Notes: generated by a model not told the origin, from the letters alone. Counted from the stretch's first letter, positions 37,730 to 48,037 are shown. The stretch is DNA of 64,000 bases from Candidatus Palauibacter sp. (GCF_965208055.1 NZ_CBDBNY010000004.1:320045-384044); one strand, 5' to 3'. Numbers and translations: made by a program.

Positions 37730-39526
37730 TTGAACGACAACACGACGTCGGCAGGGCTCGCCACGGGCCCCGACGCCCTCGAGACCGACCTCCTGCGGGC
37801 CGTTTCCTTCGACGCGGGGTGGTCCCTGCTCGAGCGCTTCTCGACCCTGGTACGAGAGTCGGGGAGCGAGGAGGAGCACATCGCCGCGGAGTACATCGCC
37901 GCCGAACTGAGTCGGCTGGGCGTGCCCTTCGAGATGCACGAGCCCGATCTCTACCTCTCGCTTCCCCGCGAATCCTCGGTGGAGTGGAGCGGCGGGTCGA
38001 TACGGGCCAAGCCGCCGTCCTTCGCGGTACCGACGCAGGGTGGCGGGCTCGAAGGGGAACTCGTCTTCGTCCCGGCCGCGGCCGCGACGGGGCAGCGAGA
38101 CCTGTTCGCGAAACGGCTCGGCGACGACCTGCCCGACGTGGCCGGCAAGATCGTGCTCAGCGAGGGATTCGCGATGCCGGGCATGGTCTCCGCTTTCGAG
38201 GCGGCGGGAGCGGTGGGACAGGTCTTCATCAACCCCGGGCAGAAGATCCACTGGGGGATCTGCACGTCGATATGGGGCACGCCGACGACCCGGAACCTCG
38301 CCACGAAGCCCGGGACGCCCGTGGTCGCGGTCAACAACCCCGATGGAGAGCGGCTGAAGGAGGCCGTGGGCGAAACCGTCCGGCTGGAGGTCCGTCTGGA
38401 GGAGGGCTGGTATCCGTGCAAGCTGCCCGTGGCGCACATCGCCGGCGCGTCGGACGAGTTCATGCTCGTGCACGGGCACTACGACTCGTGGGACATCGGG
38501 ATCGGCGACAACGCGGTGGGGGACGCGACGCTGCTCGAACTGGCGCGCATCTTTCACGCCGAGGCGGGGCGGTTGAAGCGCTCGCTGCGTATCGCGTGGT
38601 GGCCGGCGCACTCGACCGGGCGCTACGGCGGCTCGACCTGGTATGCCGACACGCACGCGCTGGAACTGCGTAAGCGCTGCGTGGGCGCGATCAACATCGA
38701 CTCGCCGGGCTGCTGGCACGCGACGGAGTACGACGACGTGATGTGGATGGCCGAGGCGGGGCCGCTGTGTGCCCGCGCGATCGCCGACGTCACGGGGAAG
38801 ACGGCGAAGCGGCTGCGGCCGCTGCGGGCCGGTGACTATTCCTTCAATCAGATCGGTCTCACCTCGTTCTACATGCTGCTCTCGAACATCCCGGCGGAGG
38901 AGCGCGCGGCGCTCGGCTTCTATCCCACCGGCGGGTGCGGGGGCAATATCGCGTGGCACACCGAAGACGATGTCATGGCCGTCGCCGAGCGGGAGAACCT
39001 CGAGCGCGACCTGGGCGTTTACGTCGCCTCGATCGCGCGCGTGCTCAACGCGCGGATCCTCCCGTACGACTTCCGCGAGACCGTCTCGGAGCTGACGGGG
39101 TTCGTCGAGGACTACGTGGAGGCGGCCGGGGATCTGCTGGACCTCGGCGCGGTCCGGGCAGAACTCGCAGCGCTGGGCGCCGCGCTGGACGACCTGTACG
39201 CCGCCATCGGCGAGGGACGACCGGGTGGGGCGGCGGCCGGGGCCGTGAACGAGTTGTTCCTCGAGTTGTCCCGCATCCTGGTGCCGATCGGCTACGCGGA
39301 GGGAGGGCCGTTCGACCACGATCCGGCCCTGCCGCGGATACCGATCCCGCGGCTGGCGAGGGTGGCCGAATTGTCGAGCCTCGCGGCATCCGGCTCCGAC
39401 GCGCTGCCCTTCCTCGTGAACGAAGTGCGTCGGGAGGCGAACCACGTGGCGAACGGCTTCCACGAGGCGGCCCGGGCGGTGCGGCGCGTGCTCGCCCGGT
39501 TGACGGCTTCGGCGCCGGCGGGCTGA
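37730..39526 (+). CDS. M28-family peptidase with PA-like insert
   Basis: RESGSEEE, VHGHYDSW, GDNAVGDA, WPAHSTGRYGGSTWY, NIDSPG, WHTEDD. Confidence 0.85.
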   Translation: MNDNTTSAGLATGPDALETDLLRAVSFDAGWSLLERFSTLVRESGSEEEHIAAEYIAAELSRLGVPFEMHEPDLYLSLPRESSVEWSGGSIRAKPPSFAVPTQGGGLEGELVFVPAAAATGQRDLFAKRLGDDLPDVAGKIVLSEGFAMPGMVSAFEAAGAVGQVFINPGQKIHWGICTSIWGTPTTRNLATKPGTPVVAVNNPDGERLKEAVGETVRLEVRLEEGWYPCKLPVAHIAGASDEFMLVHGHYDSWDIGIGDNAVGDATLLELARIFHAEAGRLKRSLRIAWWPAHSTGRYGGSTWYADTHALELRKRCVGAINIDSPGCWHATEYDDVMWMAEAGPLCARAIADVTGKTAKRLRPLRAGDYSFNQIGLTSFYMLLSNIPAEERAALGFYPTGGCGGNIAWHTEDDVMAVAERENLERDLGVYVASIARVLNARILPYDFRETVSELTGFVEDYVEAAGDLLDLGAVRAELAALGAALDDLYAAIGEGRPGGAAAGAVNELFLELSRILVPIGYAEGGPFDHDPALPRIPIPRLARVAELSSLAASGSDALPFLVNEVRREANHVANGFHEAARAVRRVLARLTASAPAG

Positions 39527-39531
39527 CGCGG

Positions 39532-40245
39532 GTGCGAGGCACGAGGGGAGGATCGGCGCGCGCGGCTGCGGCGGCGGCACTGGCGCTGGTGGCGGCACCG
39601 GCGCTGGCGGGCCTGTCCGTGGCGGCGTCGGCGGCGGCGCAGACGACGGACACGGTATTCGTCCGGCTGGATGCCGATGGCGCCGCCCACGTTCGGCAGG
39701 GCCTCCCGCCGGATAGCGGCGCGGTGCGGGCATTCGCGATTCGGATCGAGCACCAGACCCTGTCGCTGACGGAGGCGGCGCCGGACGGCGGGCCTCCGCC
39801 CGACGTCGATGCCGCGCTGACCCCGGTCGACGGCGCGTACCGCATCGACGTGGTCTCCGACGCGCCGGTCGTCGTGTCCTACACCGTGCGGAATCCGGTG
39901 CGCGGACGGCTGGACCGGATCCCCCTCTTCGTCGCCGGCCGCGAGGCCGAGGAGACCGTCGTACAGGAGGTCACGGCGCCGTGGCTGATTCGGCTGGAGG
40001 GAGATCCGGACGTACTCGATGCGCTGGACCTGTCGACCAGCCTGCCGCGCTTCGTCCGCACCGGCGATGACGTCGTGACGGCCACCCTGTCGAGCGTGCC
40101 GGGGCTGTTGCGGCTGTCCCGCGGGGGCGCGCTCTCGTTCGCGCGCATCGCCGACTTCGCGGTCCTCGCCCTGCTGCTGACCGGCGCGATCTGGACGTGG
40201 CGCAACGCGCGAGTCCGCCGCCACGGCGCTGGAGCCGCCCGGTGA
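39532..40245 (+). CDS. Hypothetical exported protein with C-terminal membrane anchor
   Basis: Ala-rich signal ending AAAQ, C-terminal TM helix, GTGA coupling to the next gene. Start uncertain. Confidence 0.6.
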   Translation: MRGTRGGSARAAAAAALALVAAPALAGLSVAASAAAQTTDTVFVRLDADGAAHVRQGLPPDSGAVRAFAIRIEHQTLSLTEAAPDGGPPPDVDAALTPVDGAYRIDVVSDAPVVVSYTVRNPVRGRLDRIPLFVAGREAEETVVQEVTAPWLIRLEGDPDVLDALDLSTSLPRFVRTGDDVVTATLSSVPGLLRLSRGGALSFARIADFAVLALLLTGAIWTWRNARVRRHGAGAAR

Positions 40246-40457
40246 CGATCATCCTGATCGCGGCGGGCTTCTTCGCCCTCGGCCTCACCGTGATCCTTCT
40301 CTTCCGGAGGACCATCCGCGCCGACGACGAGTTGGACCGCCGCTGGGCGGAGGTCGTCGCACAGCGCTCCCGACGCGGCGACTCGCCCTCCGCGCCCTCC
40401 GCGCTCGGCGAGACCGCGGAACCCGAGGGGCCCGAACCACCCGGCGCGCCGACATGA
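40242..40457 (+). CDS. Small single-TM protein, probable partner of the SSS transporter
   Basis: One TM helix; 4-bp overlaps with both neighbours. Confidence 0.6.
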   Translation: MTIILIAAGFFALGLTVILLFRRTIRADDELDRRWAEVVAQRSRRGDSPSAPSALGETAEPEGPEPPGAPT

Positions 40458-41902
40458 GCGACGTCTTTTTCGTCGTCCTCGGCGTCTACGTGGCCATCAT
40501 CATGGGCATCGCGATCTGGAGCTACTTCCAGACCGAGACCGAAGTCGACTTCCTCGCCGCCGGCCGCTCGATCGGCCCCATCGTCGGCGGCGCCGTCCTC
40601 GCCGCCACGCAGATCTCCGCCGGCACCTTCGTGGGCACCGCCGGCCGCCACTACCTGGCCGGCGTCTCCTGGGTCTTCCCCTGGCTCGGCCTCTGGACGG
40701 GGTGGCTCGTGTGCGCCTTCTTCGTCGCCCCGAAACTGCGGCGGCTCGGCGCGCTCACCGTCCCCGACTACATCTCCGCCCGCTACGGCAGCCCGAAGGC
40801 CGGAGCGCTCGCCGGCGTCCTCATCGTCGTGGCCTACACGATCTACCTCGTGGCGCAGTTCCAGGCGGGCGGCGAGATCGCGGAAGTGGTGTTCGGCATC
40901 CGCCCGCTCACCGCGATGCTCATCATCGTGGCATCGACCGCGCTCTACACGCTCCTCGGCGGGGTCCGGTCCAGTTCCTACATCGATTTCCTGCAGACGC
41001 TGATCATGGTCTCGGCGCTCATCGTGGCCGTCCCCGTCCTCCTCAACCAGGTCGGCGGCGGCAGCCCCGTCGCGGCGGTCGAGCGGTCGCTCGACTTCCT
41101 GGACACGCTCGATGACCGTCTCGTGGGCTGGTACTACTCACCGCGGGAACTCCTCGCGTTCGCGATCGCGTTCGGACTCTCGATCGCGGCGGCGCCATAC
41201 GAACTCACCCGCTTCTACTCGATGCGGGATGAGCGCACGGTGCGGAAGGCCATCTTCGTGGCGATCGGCTTCCAGGTCGTGATCGCGACCAGCATCATGT
41301 CGATCGGCATGCTCATGCGGGTACTGTTCCCGAACCTCCCCTCCCAGGACCAGGCGACGGCGACGATGGCGCTCCACGTGCTGCCTCCCGTCGTCGGCGC
41401 GCTGCTGCTGGTCGCCATGCTGTCGGCGATCATGTCGACCGTGAACTCGATCCTCCTCGTGACCGGCGCGGGTGTCGCGCACGATCTGTACGGGAAGTTC
41501 ATCCGGCCCGACGCGAGCCAGAAGCACCTCGTGAACGCGAACCGGGTGGCGATCGTCGTCCTCGCGATCATCCCCCTCTTCTTCGCGCTGCAGAAGCTGG
41601 GGGATGTCCAGGGCATCGTTCTGGAACAGGCGAAGTTCATCGCCTCCTTCTTCTTCGTCCCCATCGTCATCGGTCTCAACTGGCGGCGGGGGACGGCGAA
41701 GGGCGCGGTCGCCTCGATGATCGGGGGCTTCCTGGCCTGCCTGGTGTGGACGCTCTGGTTCCAGGAACACTACTTCGATCTGTACGGGATCGACTCCGTC
41801 GAACTGGGTGTCGGTGCGAGCCTGATCCTGTTCATCATGGTTTCGCTGATGACGAAACCGAATCCCGGCCAGACGCTGGAGCCGTTTTTCGGAAACAAGT
41901 GA
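40454..41902 (+). CDS. Sodium:solute symporter (PutP/PanF-like)
   Basis: DFLAAGRSIG, ISAGTFVG, TVPDYISARYG, YTLLGG, SAIMSTVNS. Confidence 0.92.
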   Translation: MSDVFFVVLGVYVAIIMGIAIWSYFQTETEVDFLAAGRSIGPIVGGAVLAATQISAGTFVGTAGRHYLAGVSWVFPWLGLWTGWLVCAFFVAPKLRRLGALTVPDYISARYGSPKAGALAGVLIVVAYTIYLVAQFQAGGEIAEVVFGIRPLTAMLIIVASTALYTLLGGVRSSSYIDFLQTLIMVSALIVAVPVLLNQVGGGSPVAAVERSLDFLDTLDDRLVGWYYSPRELLAFAIAFGLSIAAAPYELTRFYSMRDERTVRKAIFVAIGFQVVIATSIMSIGMLMRVLFPNLPSQDQATATMALHVLPPVVGALLLVAMLSAIMSTVNSILLVTGAGVAHDLYGKFIRPDASQKHLVNANRVAIVVLAIIPLFFALQKLGDVQGIVLEQAKFIASFFFVPIVIGLNWRRGTAKGAVASMIGGFLACLVWTLWFQEHYFDLYGIDSVELGVGASLILFIMVSLMTKPNPGQTLEPFFGNK

Positions 41903-41919
41903 CGTTAGGGGGGCTTCGA

Positions 41920-42699
41920 ATGTCGGACGTACTGATGCGCCTGGTGGAGGAACTGAACGCGGGCACGGTCCGGGTGGTGGATCTCACGATCCCTCTCGGT
42001 CCCGATACCGTCGTCATCGATCTGCCTCCGATGTTCGCGCCATCGAAGGGCGTGACGATCGAGCGGATCTCGATGTATGACGACGACGGGCCGGCCTGGT
42101 ACTGGAACAACCTCACGCTCGGCGAACACACGGGGACGCACTTCGACGCCCCGATCCACTGGGTGACGGGGAAGGATGTGCCCGATGGGACGACGGACAC
42201 GATCCCGCCGCGGAAGTTCGTCGGCCCGGCGTGCGTCATCGACGTGGAGGCGGCGGTCGACGCGGACCCCGACTTCCTCCTCGCTCCGGCGGGGCTCGAG
42301 GCGTGGGAGGCGGAGCATGGACGCGTGCCCGAGGGCGCCTGGGTTTTTCTGCGCACCGGGTGGAGCCGGAGGGAAGGGAAGGAGGCGTTTCTCAACGTGT
42401 CGGAAGATGGCCCGCACTCGCCGGGCTTTCACCAGGAGACCTCGGCCCTGCTGGCCCATGACCGCGGGGTGCTCGGCGTCGGAGTGGAGACGGTCGGCAC
42501 CGACGCGGGCCAGGCGGGAGGGTTCGATCCGCCGTTCCCGAACCACGGGATCATGCACGGGGCGGGGAAGTTCGGCCTCGCGAGCCTGTGCAACCTCGAC
42601 CGGTTGCCCCCGACGGGCGCCGTGGCGGTCGCCGCCCCGCTCAAGATCGTGGACGGGAGCGGGAGCCCGCTGCGCGTGATCGCGCTGGTCCCGGCGTAG
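41920..42699 (+). CDS. Cyclase family protein (kynurenine formamidase/isatin hydrolase-like)
   Basis: EHTGTHFDAPIHW, LRTGW, HSPGF, PLKIVDGSGSPLRVIA. Confidence 0.9.
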   Translation: MSDVLMRLVEELNAGTVRVVDLTIPLGPDTVVIDLPPMFAPSKGVTIERISMYDDDGPAWYWNNLTLGEHTGTHFDAPIHWVTGKDVPDGTTDTIPPRKFVGPACVIDVEAAVDADPDFLLAPAGLEAWEAEHGRVPEGAWVFLRTGWSRREGKEAFLNVSEDGPHSPGFHQETSALLAHDRGVLGVGVETVGTDAGQAGGFDPPFPNHGIMHGAGKFGLASLCNLDRLPPTGAVAVAAPLKIVDGSGSPLRVIALVPA

Positions 42700-42721
42700 A
42701 GGGCGGGGAAGGGGGCGCGGG

Positions 42722-43534
42722 ATGGAGCGCAGGGAGCGGCGGGGATCCGCCTACCGGAAGGTCTTGAGGGCGCTGGACGAGGCCATCTTCTGCCTGGAGC
42801 GGGAGCCCTTGGGGGATCCGGATGACCATGGCGCGGAGCAGCAGGGAATCTTCCGCCTCGGAGAAGCGGGCGGAATCGCCTTCGCCAGCCGGTTCGCGGG
42901 AACCGGCCCCGGGGCCCTCTTCGACGAGATCTCCGATGCGGCCGAGACGGAGGATCTGGATCGGATCCGCCAGATACGGAGCCTGGTGGAATCGAGGCTG
43001 CGGTCGGGCGACGGCGCGACCGCCGGAGCCTCGGGAGGGGATGCGCTCGACTGGGATGCCGGCTACCTGCAGCTCCTCGCGGTCCTGAACGAGTCGCGGC
43101 GAGCCCGGGACGACGGAGACGCGCATCGATACTGGATCATGGCGGGTTTCCTCGCCGGCTTCCTTCGGCGGGACGCGAGACCGGGGGAATACGAGCCCGA
43201 ATCCCTGCGCGACGAGGTCATCGCCGCCTGCAACGAGGGATGGGGCGAGACCCTGTGGACGGAATGGGAGGCGATTCGGGACGAGTGGCTGGCCGGCGAT
43301 TCGCCGGGAGCCCCGGAGGACCCGGACCTTCTCCTCAGGTGGCTCGGTCTGCGACTGGCCGCCGCGGAATCCGTGAGCGGTTCGCTCGTTCCGAGCCAGG
43401 TCGGCGGAACGGACGACCATCGAAGCGGGGGGCAGTCGGACGATGGGGCGCGCTTCCTGTGCTGCGAACGCTCGACTCGCCGCGCGCAGAACTTCGGCGC
43501 CAGAATCGCGCGCCGCGACGAATATGGGGGATAA
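42722..43534 (+). CDS. Hypothetical protein, orphan paralog A
   Basis: Colinear similarity with the next ORF supports coding status. Confidence 0.7.
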   Translation: MERRERRGSAYRKVLRALDEAIFCLEREPLGDPDDHGAEQQGIFRLGEAGGIAFASRFAGTGPGALFDEISDAAETEDLDRIRQIRSLVESRLRSGDGATAGASGGDALDWDAGYLQLLAVLNESRRARDDGDAHRYWIMAGFLAGFLRRDARPGEYEPESLRDEVIAACNEGWGETLWTEWEAIRDEWLAGDSPGAPEDPDLLLRWLGLRLAAAESVSGSLVPSQVGGTDDHRSGGQSDDGARFLCCERSTRRAQNFGARIARRDEYGG

Positions 43535-44423
43535 TCGCTCCGAGTGGGAGCAGTCCATTCGCCGGAAAGTGCTGAAGGCGCTGGATGACGCCCTCTTCCA
43601 GTTCGAGCGGGTTCCCACGGGGGGTCGCGATGAAGACGATGCCGGACGGTCGGCAACGTTCCATCTCGGGATGGCCGGTGGGTTTGCTTTCCTGGGCCGT
43701 CTGCCGGGGATTGAGTCGGATGCCCTGTTCGACGACATCTCCGATGCCGCCGAGGAGGGGGATTTCGGTCGTGTCGGCCGGATCCGGCGGCGTGTCCAGG
43801 CCAACTTGAGCTCCGATCGGCCCTGCGATAAGAGTGACCCGGGCGAGGGATCTCTCGACTTGGCAACCGGTTTCCTTCAGATGATCCCCGCCCTGGGCGA
43901 GGCGCGCCGGGCGTGGAGGGAGGGGGACAGATCCCGCCACTCGCTGATGCTGGGCTTTCTCGTCGGCCTCCTCCACTCGCATCCGATGCCGTACAGGCTC
44001 GGCACGCTGTCCGACGCGGTGATCGCCATCCATGCCCGCGACGCCACGTGCGCTCGCAAGTGGGTGGAGGCCGAGTCGATTGAGGCGCGTGAGTACCGGG
44101 GACGCCCGGCGAACACCGACCCGCGGGCCCTTCTCATGAGGTGGCTGGGCGACCGCTTGGCCGCCGGCCATCGGTTCAGCGAACCGTTGTGGTGTCACTC
44201 CGTCGATGAGACGGAGGACGAGCGTCGGGAGCGGGAAGCCGGGGAGAGGGCGTACTTCAAGAGACAGGAGACCTCCAGCCGGCGCGCGCAGAACTTCGGA
44301 AAGAGGCTTGCCGCCAGGGACACGGAGGGCATCTGGATCCCGGTCAGCTACTCGATAAACCGGGCTCTGGTGCTCGGACCTCACGAGGAGGAGCGCCGGG
44401 CTGACGGCGAGCACGAGACCTGA
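43524..44423 (+). CDS. Hypothetical protein, orphan paralog B
   Basis: ATG overlaps the end of A; shares RKVLxALDxA, LFDxISDAAE, RWLGxRLAA and RRAQNFGxR with A. Confidence 0.7.
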   Translation: MGDNRSEWEQSIRRKVLKALDDALFQFERVPTGGRDEDDAGRSATFHLGMAGGFAFLGRLPGIESDALFDDISDAAEEGDFGRVGRIRRRVQANLSSDRPCDKSDPGEGSLDLATGFLQMIPALGEARRAWREGDRSRHSLMLGFLVGLLHSHPMPYRLGTLSDAVIAIHARDATCARKWVEAESIEAREYRGRPANTDPRALLMRWLGDRLAAGHRFSEPLWCHSVDETEDERREREAGERAYFKRQETSSRRAQNFGKRLAARDTEGIWIPVSYSINRALVLGPHEEERRADGEHET

Positions 44424-44537
44424 CGGCCAGACAGGCAGTGGCCGGGCGGGGGTGGCCTCGAGCCGGAGTCGGACCAAGGTTCAGAGGCGGAGTCCGGGTG
44501 GGGGTCGATCATGTACTCCAGGCAAGAGGAGCGTCCA

Positions 44538-44879
44538 GTGAGGGATGACGGAAACGCAGGCAAGACCGTGAAGGTGGCGTCGATTCTGCTCGCGCTGCTC
44601 TTCCTCCTCAACGGAGGGATGAAGGTCTTCGGGATGATGGTCGACGAGTTTGCGCTGTGGGGCTATCCGGCGTGGTTCCAGTACCTGATCGGCGTCGTGG
44701 AGGTGCTGGCGGGGGTCGGTTTCCTGAGGCGTCCGACGCGGTTTCTCGCGTCGGCCGTGGTCATCGTGATCATGGCGGGCGCCATCTTCACCCTCGTGAG
44801 GGCGGGTGCGGCGGCGCAGGCCGCGGTTCCGGCCGTGGCGCTGATCCTGGCCCTGTTCGTGGGCAAGAACTCGCGCTAA
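44538..44879 (+). CDS. DoxX-family membrane protein
   Basis: GAGGAG RBS; GGMKVFG..F..WGYPAWFQYLIGVVEVLAG. Confidence 0.8.
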   Translation: MRDDGNAGKTVKVASILLALLFLLNGGMKVFGMMVDEFALWGYPAWFQYLIGVVEVLAGVGFLRRPTRFLASAVVIVIMAGAIFTLVRAGAAAQAAVPAVALILALFVGKNSR

Positions 44880-44930
44880 AGGCCGGGCTCCGGCGCCGGG
44901 CCCGGGCGTTCCCGCGGGAACGCCGGCCGG

Positions 44931-46256
44931 TCAGCCGCCTTCGGCGGTCTCCAGCATCTGGTCGCCGACGAGCCGCACCACGCGGACGCGCTGAATGTCG
45001 AGTTCGTCCCGATCGATGTAGGCCAGCAGGCCGTCCGGCCCGAACGCGGCCGGGATCCGGAGTCCGTCGGCGGCGATGGTGCCGAAGTACTGCCCGTCCG
45101 GCGTGAGAATGTCCGTGGGCCCGGGCTCTCCCATCAGAGCCGAGCGCTGAACCCAGATGCGGTCGCTCCAGTCCACGGCCAGTATCGAGATGACCGGCAC
45201 TTCCTCGGGGAAGGTCATGCTTTCGACCCGGTCTTCCCGCATGCGGCGCATCGCCTCCGGGTCGGGACCGCTGGGGCGTCCGCCGCCCGCTCCCGCCGAC
45301 ACCGTGGCCGAGATGATCATGGCGGTTGCGCCTCCGCCCCCTCCGCCTCCGCTCCCGCCCTCGGCCAGGGCGGCGAGCCGGCGTTCGCGCTCCCCATCCC
45401 GGATCTCGTCGGTCACGGCGACCGGCGCGATGGGCCGCTCGAGCGTGCCCGTCACCTGACCCGAGGCATCGAGGATCTTGATCCGATAGCCGACCGAATC
45501 GGCCAGAACTACGCGGCCGTCTCCGAGGACACCGAAACTCAGGGGAAGGGGGAAGGCCTCCATCCCGGACATAATGATCCGCATGTCTCCGGTCTGAGTG
45601 TCGGTGTCCTCGACGGGTGGCCCCGCCCAGGCCGAATGGAATTCGTCCTGCGTCCCGTCGAGCCGGAACTGCCCGATGGGTCGGCCTTCCGGCTCCTCCT
45701 CTTCCTCCCCTCCTCCCATGAACGCGCCGAATGATCGGCTGATCATCCCTGCGGAGAGGAGGCTGTGGTCCGGCATGGGGTACATCCGCGGGCCGGGCAT
45801 CCCGGTTTGGAAAGTGAAGCTGGCCTCCTGGAGGGATTCACCCTCGCGGCTGAAGACCTTTATCCCCCGATTCATGTCGTTGACGGCGATGCGGCCATCG
45901 CCGAGCACCGCCAAGCCTACCGCCTGGTTGAGTTCCCCGGGTCCCTCTCCCTTGTTGGAGATGGTACGCACGAACTGGCCGGCCCGATCGACGACGACGA
46001 CGTGGCCGGCGTCATTATCGAGGATGAAGAGCGAGCCATCGTCACCGAAGGCAACGCCCCTCACGCTGCCGAACATCTCCCACGCGGCCCCGTCGAGCAC
46101 GCCAACGGTGTAGACCTCCTCCACGCCGGGCTGGAGGGGGATGTCGGGGCTGTCGAGCCCCGCGGTGGCGGGATTTCCGTCCCCGCCGCAACCAGCGGCC
46201 GCAAGCGGGGAGGCAATAAGGACGACGTGACGCGTGTGGATGCGGATGCTGCGCAT
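44931..46256 (-). CDS. 6-bladed beta-propeller lipoprotein
   Basis: RBS; AAGC lipobox; GAAWEMFG, GEGPGEL, DWSDRIWVQR, AFGPDGLLAYIDRDELD. Confidence 0.78.
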   Translation of the reverse strand: MRSIRIHTRHVVLIASPLAAAGCGGDGNPATAGLDSPDIPLQPGVEEVYTVGVLDGAAWEMFGSVRGVAFGDDGSLFILDNDAGHVVVVDRAGQFVRTISNKGEGPGELNQAVGLAVLGDGRIAVNDMNRGIKVFSREGESLQEASFTFQTGMPGPRMYPMPDHSLLSAGMISRSFGAFMGGGEEEEEPEGRPIGQFRLDGTQDEFHSAWAGPPVEDTDTQTGDMRIIMSGMEAFPLPLSFGVLGDGRVVLADSVGYRIKILDASGQVTGTLERPIAPVAVTDEIRDGERERRLAALAEGGSGGGGGGGATAMIISATVSAGAGGGRPSGPDPEAMRRMREDRVESMTFPEEVPVISILAVDWSDRIWVQRSALMGEPGPTDILTPDGQYFGTIAADGLRIPAAFGPDGLLAYIDRDELDIQRVRVVRLVGDQMLETAEGG

Positions 46257-46369
46257 GCGGCTTCCTTCCATGTGACAGGGGCGGCGCCGGTGACGGCGAC
46301 GCATCCGGGCGTAGGCCGGATACCGGGTGCGACAGTGGAGGCCACGGCAACCGTTGCCCGCGGCCGGAA

Positions 46370-47681
46370 TCATGGGGCATCCTCCAGCAGTTCATCCGCT
46401 GCGAGCCGCACCACGCGGATGCGCTGAATGTCGAGTTCGTCCCGATCGATGTAGGCCAGCAGGCCGTCCGGCCCGAACGCGGCCGGGATCCGCGGGCCCT
46501 CGGGCGCGATCGTCCCGAGGTAGCGTCCATCCGCGGTGAGAATGTCGGTGGGGCCTGGTTCGCCGGGAAGCGCCGTGCGCTGGACCCAGATCCGGTCGCT
46601 CCGGTCCACCGCGATGCTCGCGATGACCGGAATCACGTCGAGAAAGTTCATTTGGCGGATGCGATCTTCCGCCCGGCGAATGGCCTCTCGCATCGCGTTC
46701 CGCCTGACCTCCGGGCTGACGTCGCCGGGGTGCCCGCCGGCCTGTTGCACGGACACCGTCCCGCCACCGGTTCGAAGCGCCTCGATGCGGCGCTGGCGCT
46801 CCGTCTCCCGTATCGCACCGGTCACCGGGGCCGGAGTCAGGCGCCGTTCAAGGATGTCCGATACGCGACCCGACGAATCCAGGACCTTCAGGCGATAACC
46901 AATCGAATCGGCCAGGACCGTGCGGCCGTCGCGAAGCACGCCAAGGCTCAACGGAAGACCGAAGGCTTGCACGGGACTCGTCACGATCCTGGTATCCTGT
47001 GACCCGGCGCCGCTCTCAAGCGCCATCGGAGAAGGGTAATCCCAGGCGGCATGGAAGACCTCACGAGTCCCGTCGAGCCGAAACCGCGTGATCGGCCGAC
47101 CCTCGTCCGCTCCAATCATGGTGGAAACCGAGCCCCCGATAAGTTCGGGCGAGAGGAGGCTGTGGTCCGGCAGGGCGTAGATCGGCGATCCGGGCATGCC
47201 CTCGGCGACGCTGAACGGGACGGCATCCAGGAACTCACCGTCACGGCTGAAGAGCTGCAGCCCCGGCTTCGCGAGATCGTTGACGCCGATCCTGCCGTCG
47301 CCGAAGACGACAAGCGCAATCGGCTGGCCAAGCTCGCCGGGCCCGTCGCCGCGGCGCGAGATCGTGCGGACGAACTCGCCGGCGGAATCGATGACTACGA
47401 TGTGACCGGCGAGGTCATCGAGGATGAACAGCGTGCCGTCGGCGTCGAATGCGACATCCGACACGTAGCCGAACATCTCCCACGCAGCGCCTTCGACCAC
47501 GCCGACCGTGAAGACTGCTTCGACAGCGGAGGAGATGGGCCTGTCATCATCGGCGACCTGGGCAGCGACGGGGCTACCGCTCCGGGCCGCGACGGCGAGC
47601 GACGGGGCTACCGCTCCGGGCCGCGACGGCGAGCGACAGGGCGACCAGAGCCTCCCGACTGATGTGGTCGTGAGCACGCAT
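46370..47681 (-). pseudogene. Paralogous beta-propeller gene frameshifted by a 34-bp duplication in its signal region
   Basis: ATG 47681 with GAGGTGG RBS reaches TAG inside the duplicated unit; removing one unit leaves 1278 nt, an intact 425-aa ORF. Confidence 0.72.
47564..47637. repeat. Perfect tandem repeat, 2 x 34 bp plus 6 bp
   Basis: agcgacggggctaccgctccgggccgcgacggcg at 47564-47597 and 47598-47631. Confidence 0.92.
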
Positions 47682-48037
47682 GGTACCACCTCACCATGAA
47701 GGGTCCGCCCCGACGTCCGAAAGGATCTCCCGGCACCGGTCGGACGCTGCTGGGACAGGTGCGCGTACCCGGAGGGTTGTCCGCGACCCGCTATGTCGGG
47801 GGTCGCCGCGTGCTTGCGAGGCGGAGTCCCGGGATGAGCGCCGGGGTACTTCGCCGCGGAAATCCGCTCGGCGAGGCGCATCGACCCGAGGCCGGTCCAG
47901 TGCGGCCACTGCCCGGAGGCCGCGACCCCCAACAGGTAGAAGACCGCCCACATGGACATCTCGCACAGATAGTTGGGATGGCGGGAATAGCGGAACAGGC
48001 CGGAGGTCGTGAACAGGCGTTCGACCTCCTCGCCGGC

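Noticed and set aside
44969-46492. Diversity-generating retroelement TR/VR pair
   Set aside because: No reverse transcriptase in the window, both copies are inside genes, and there is only one mismatch.
47564-47637. CRISPR array (34-bp repeats)
   Set aside because: Two adjacent copies with no spacer and no cas genes.
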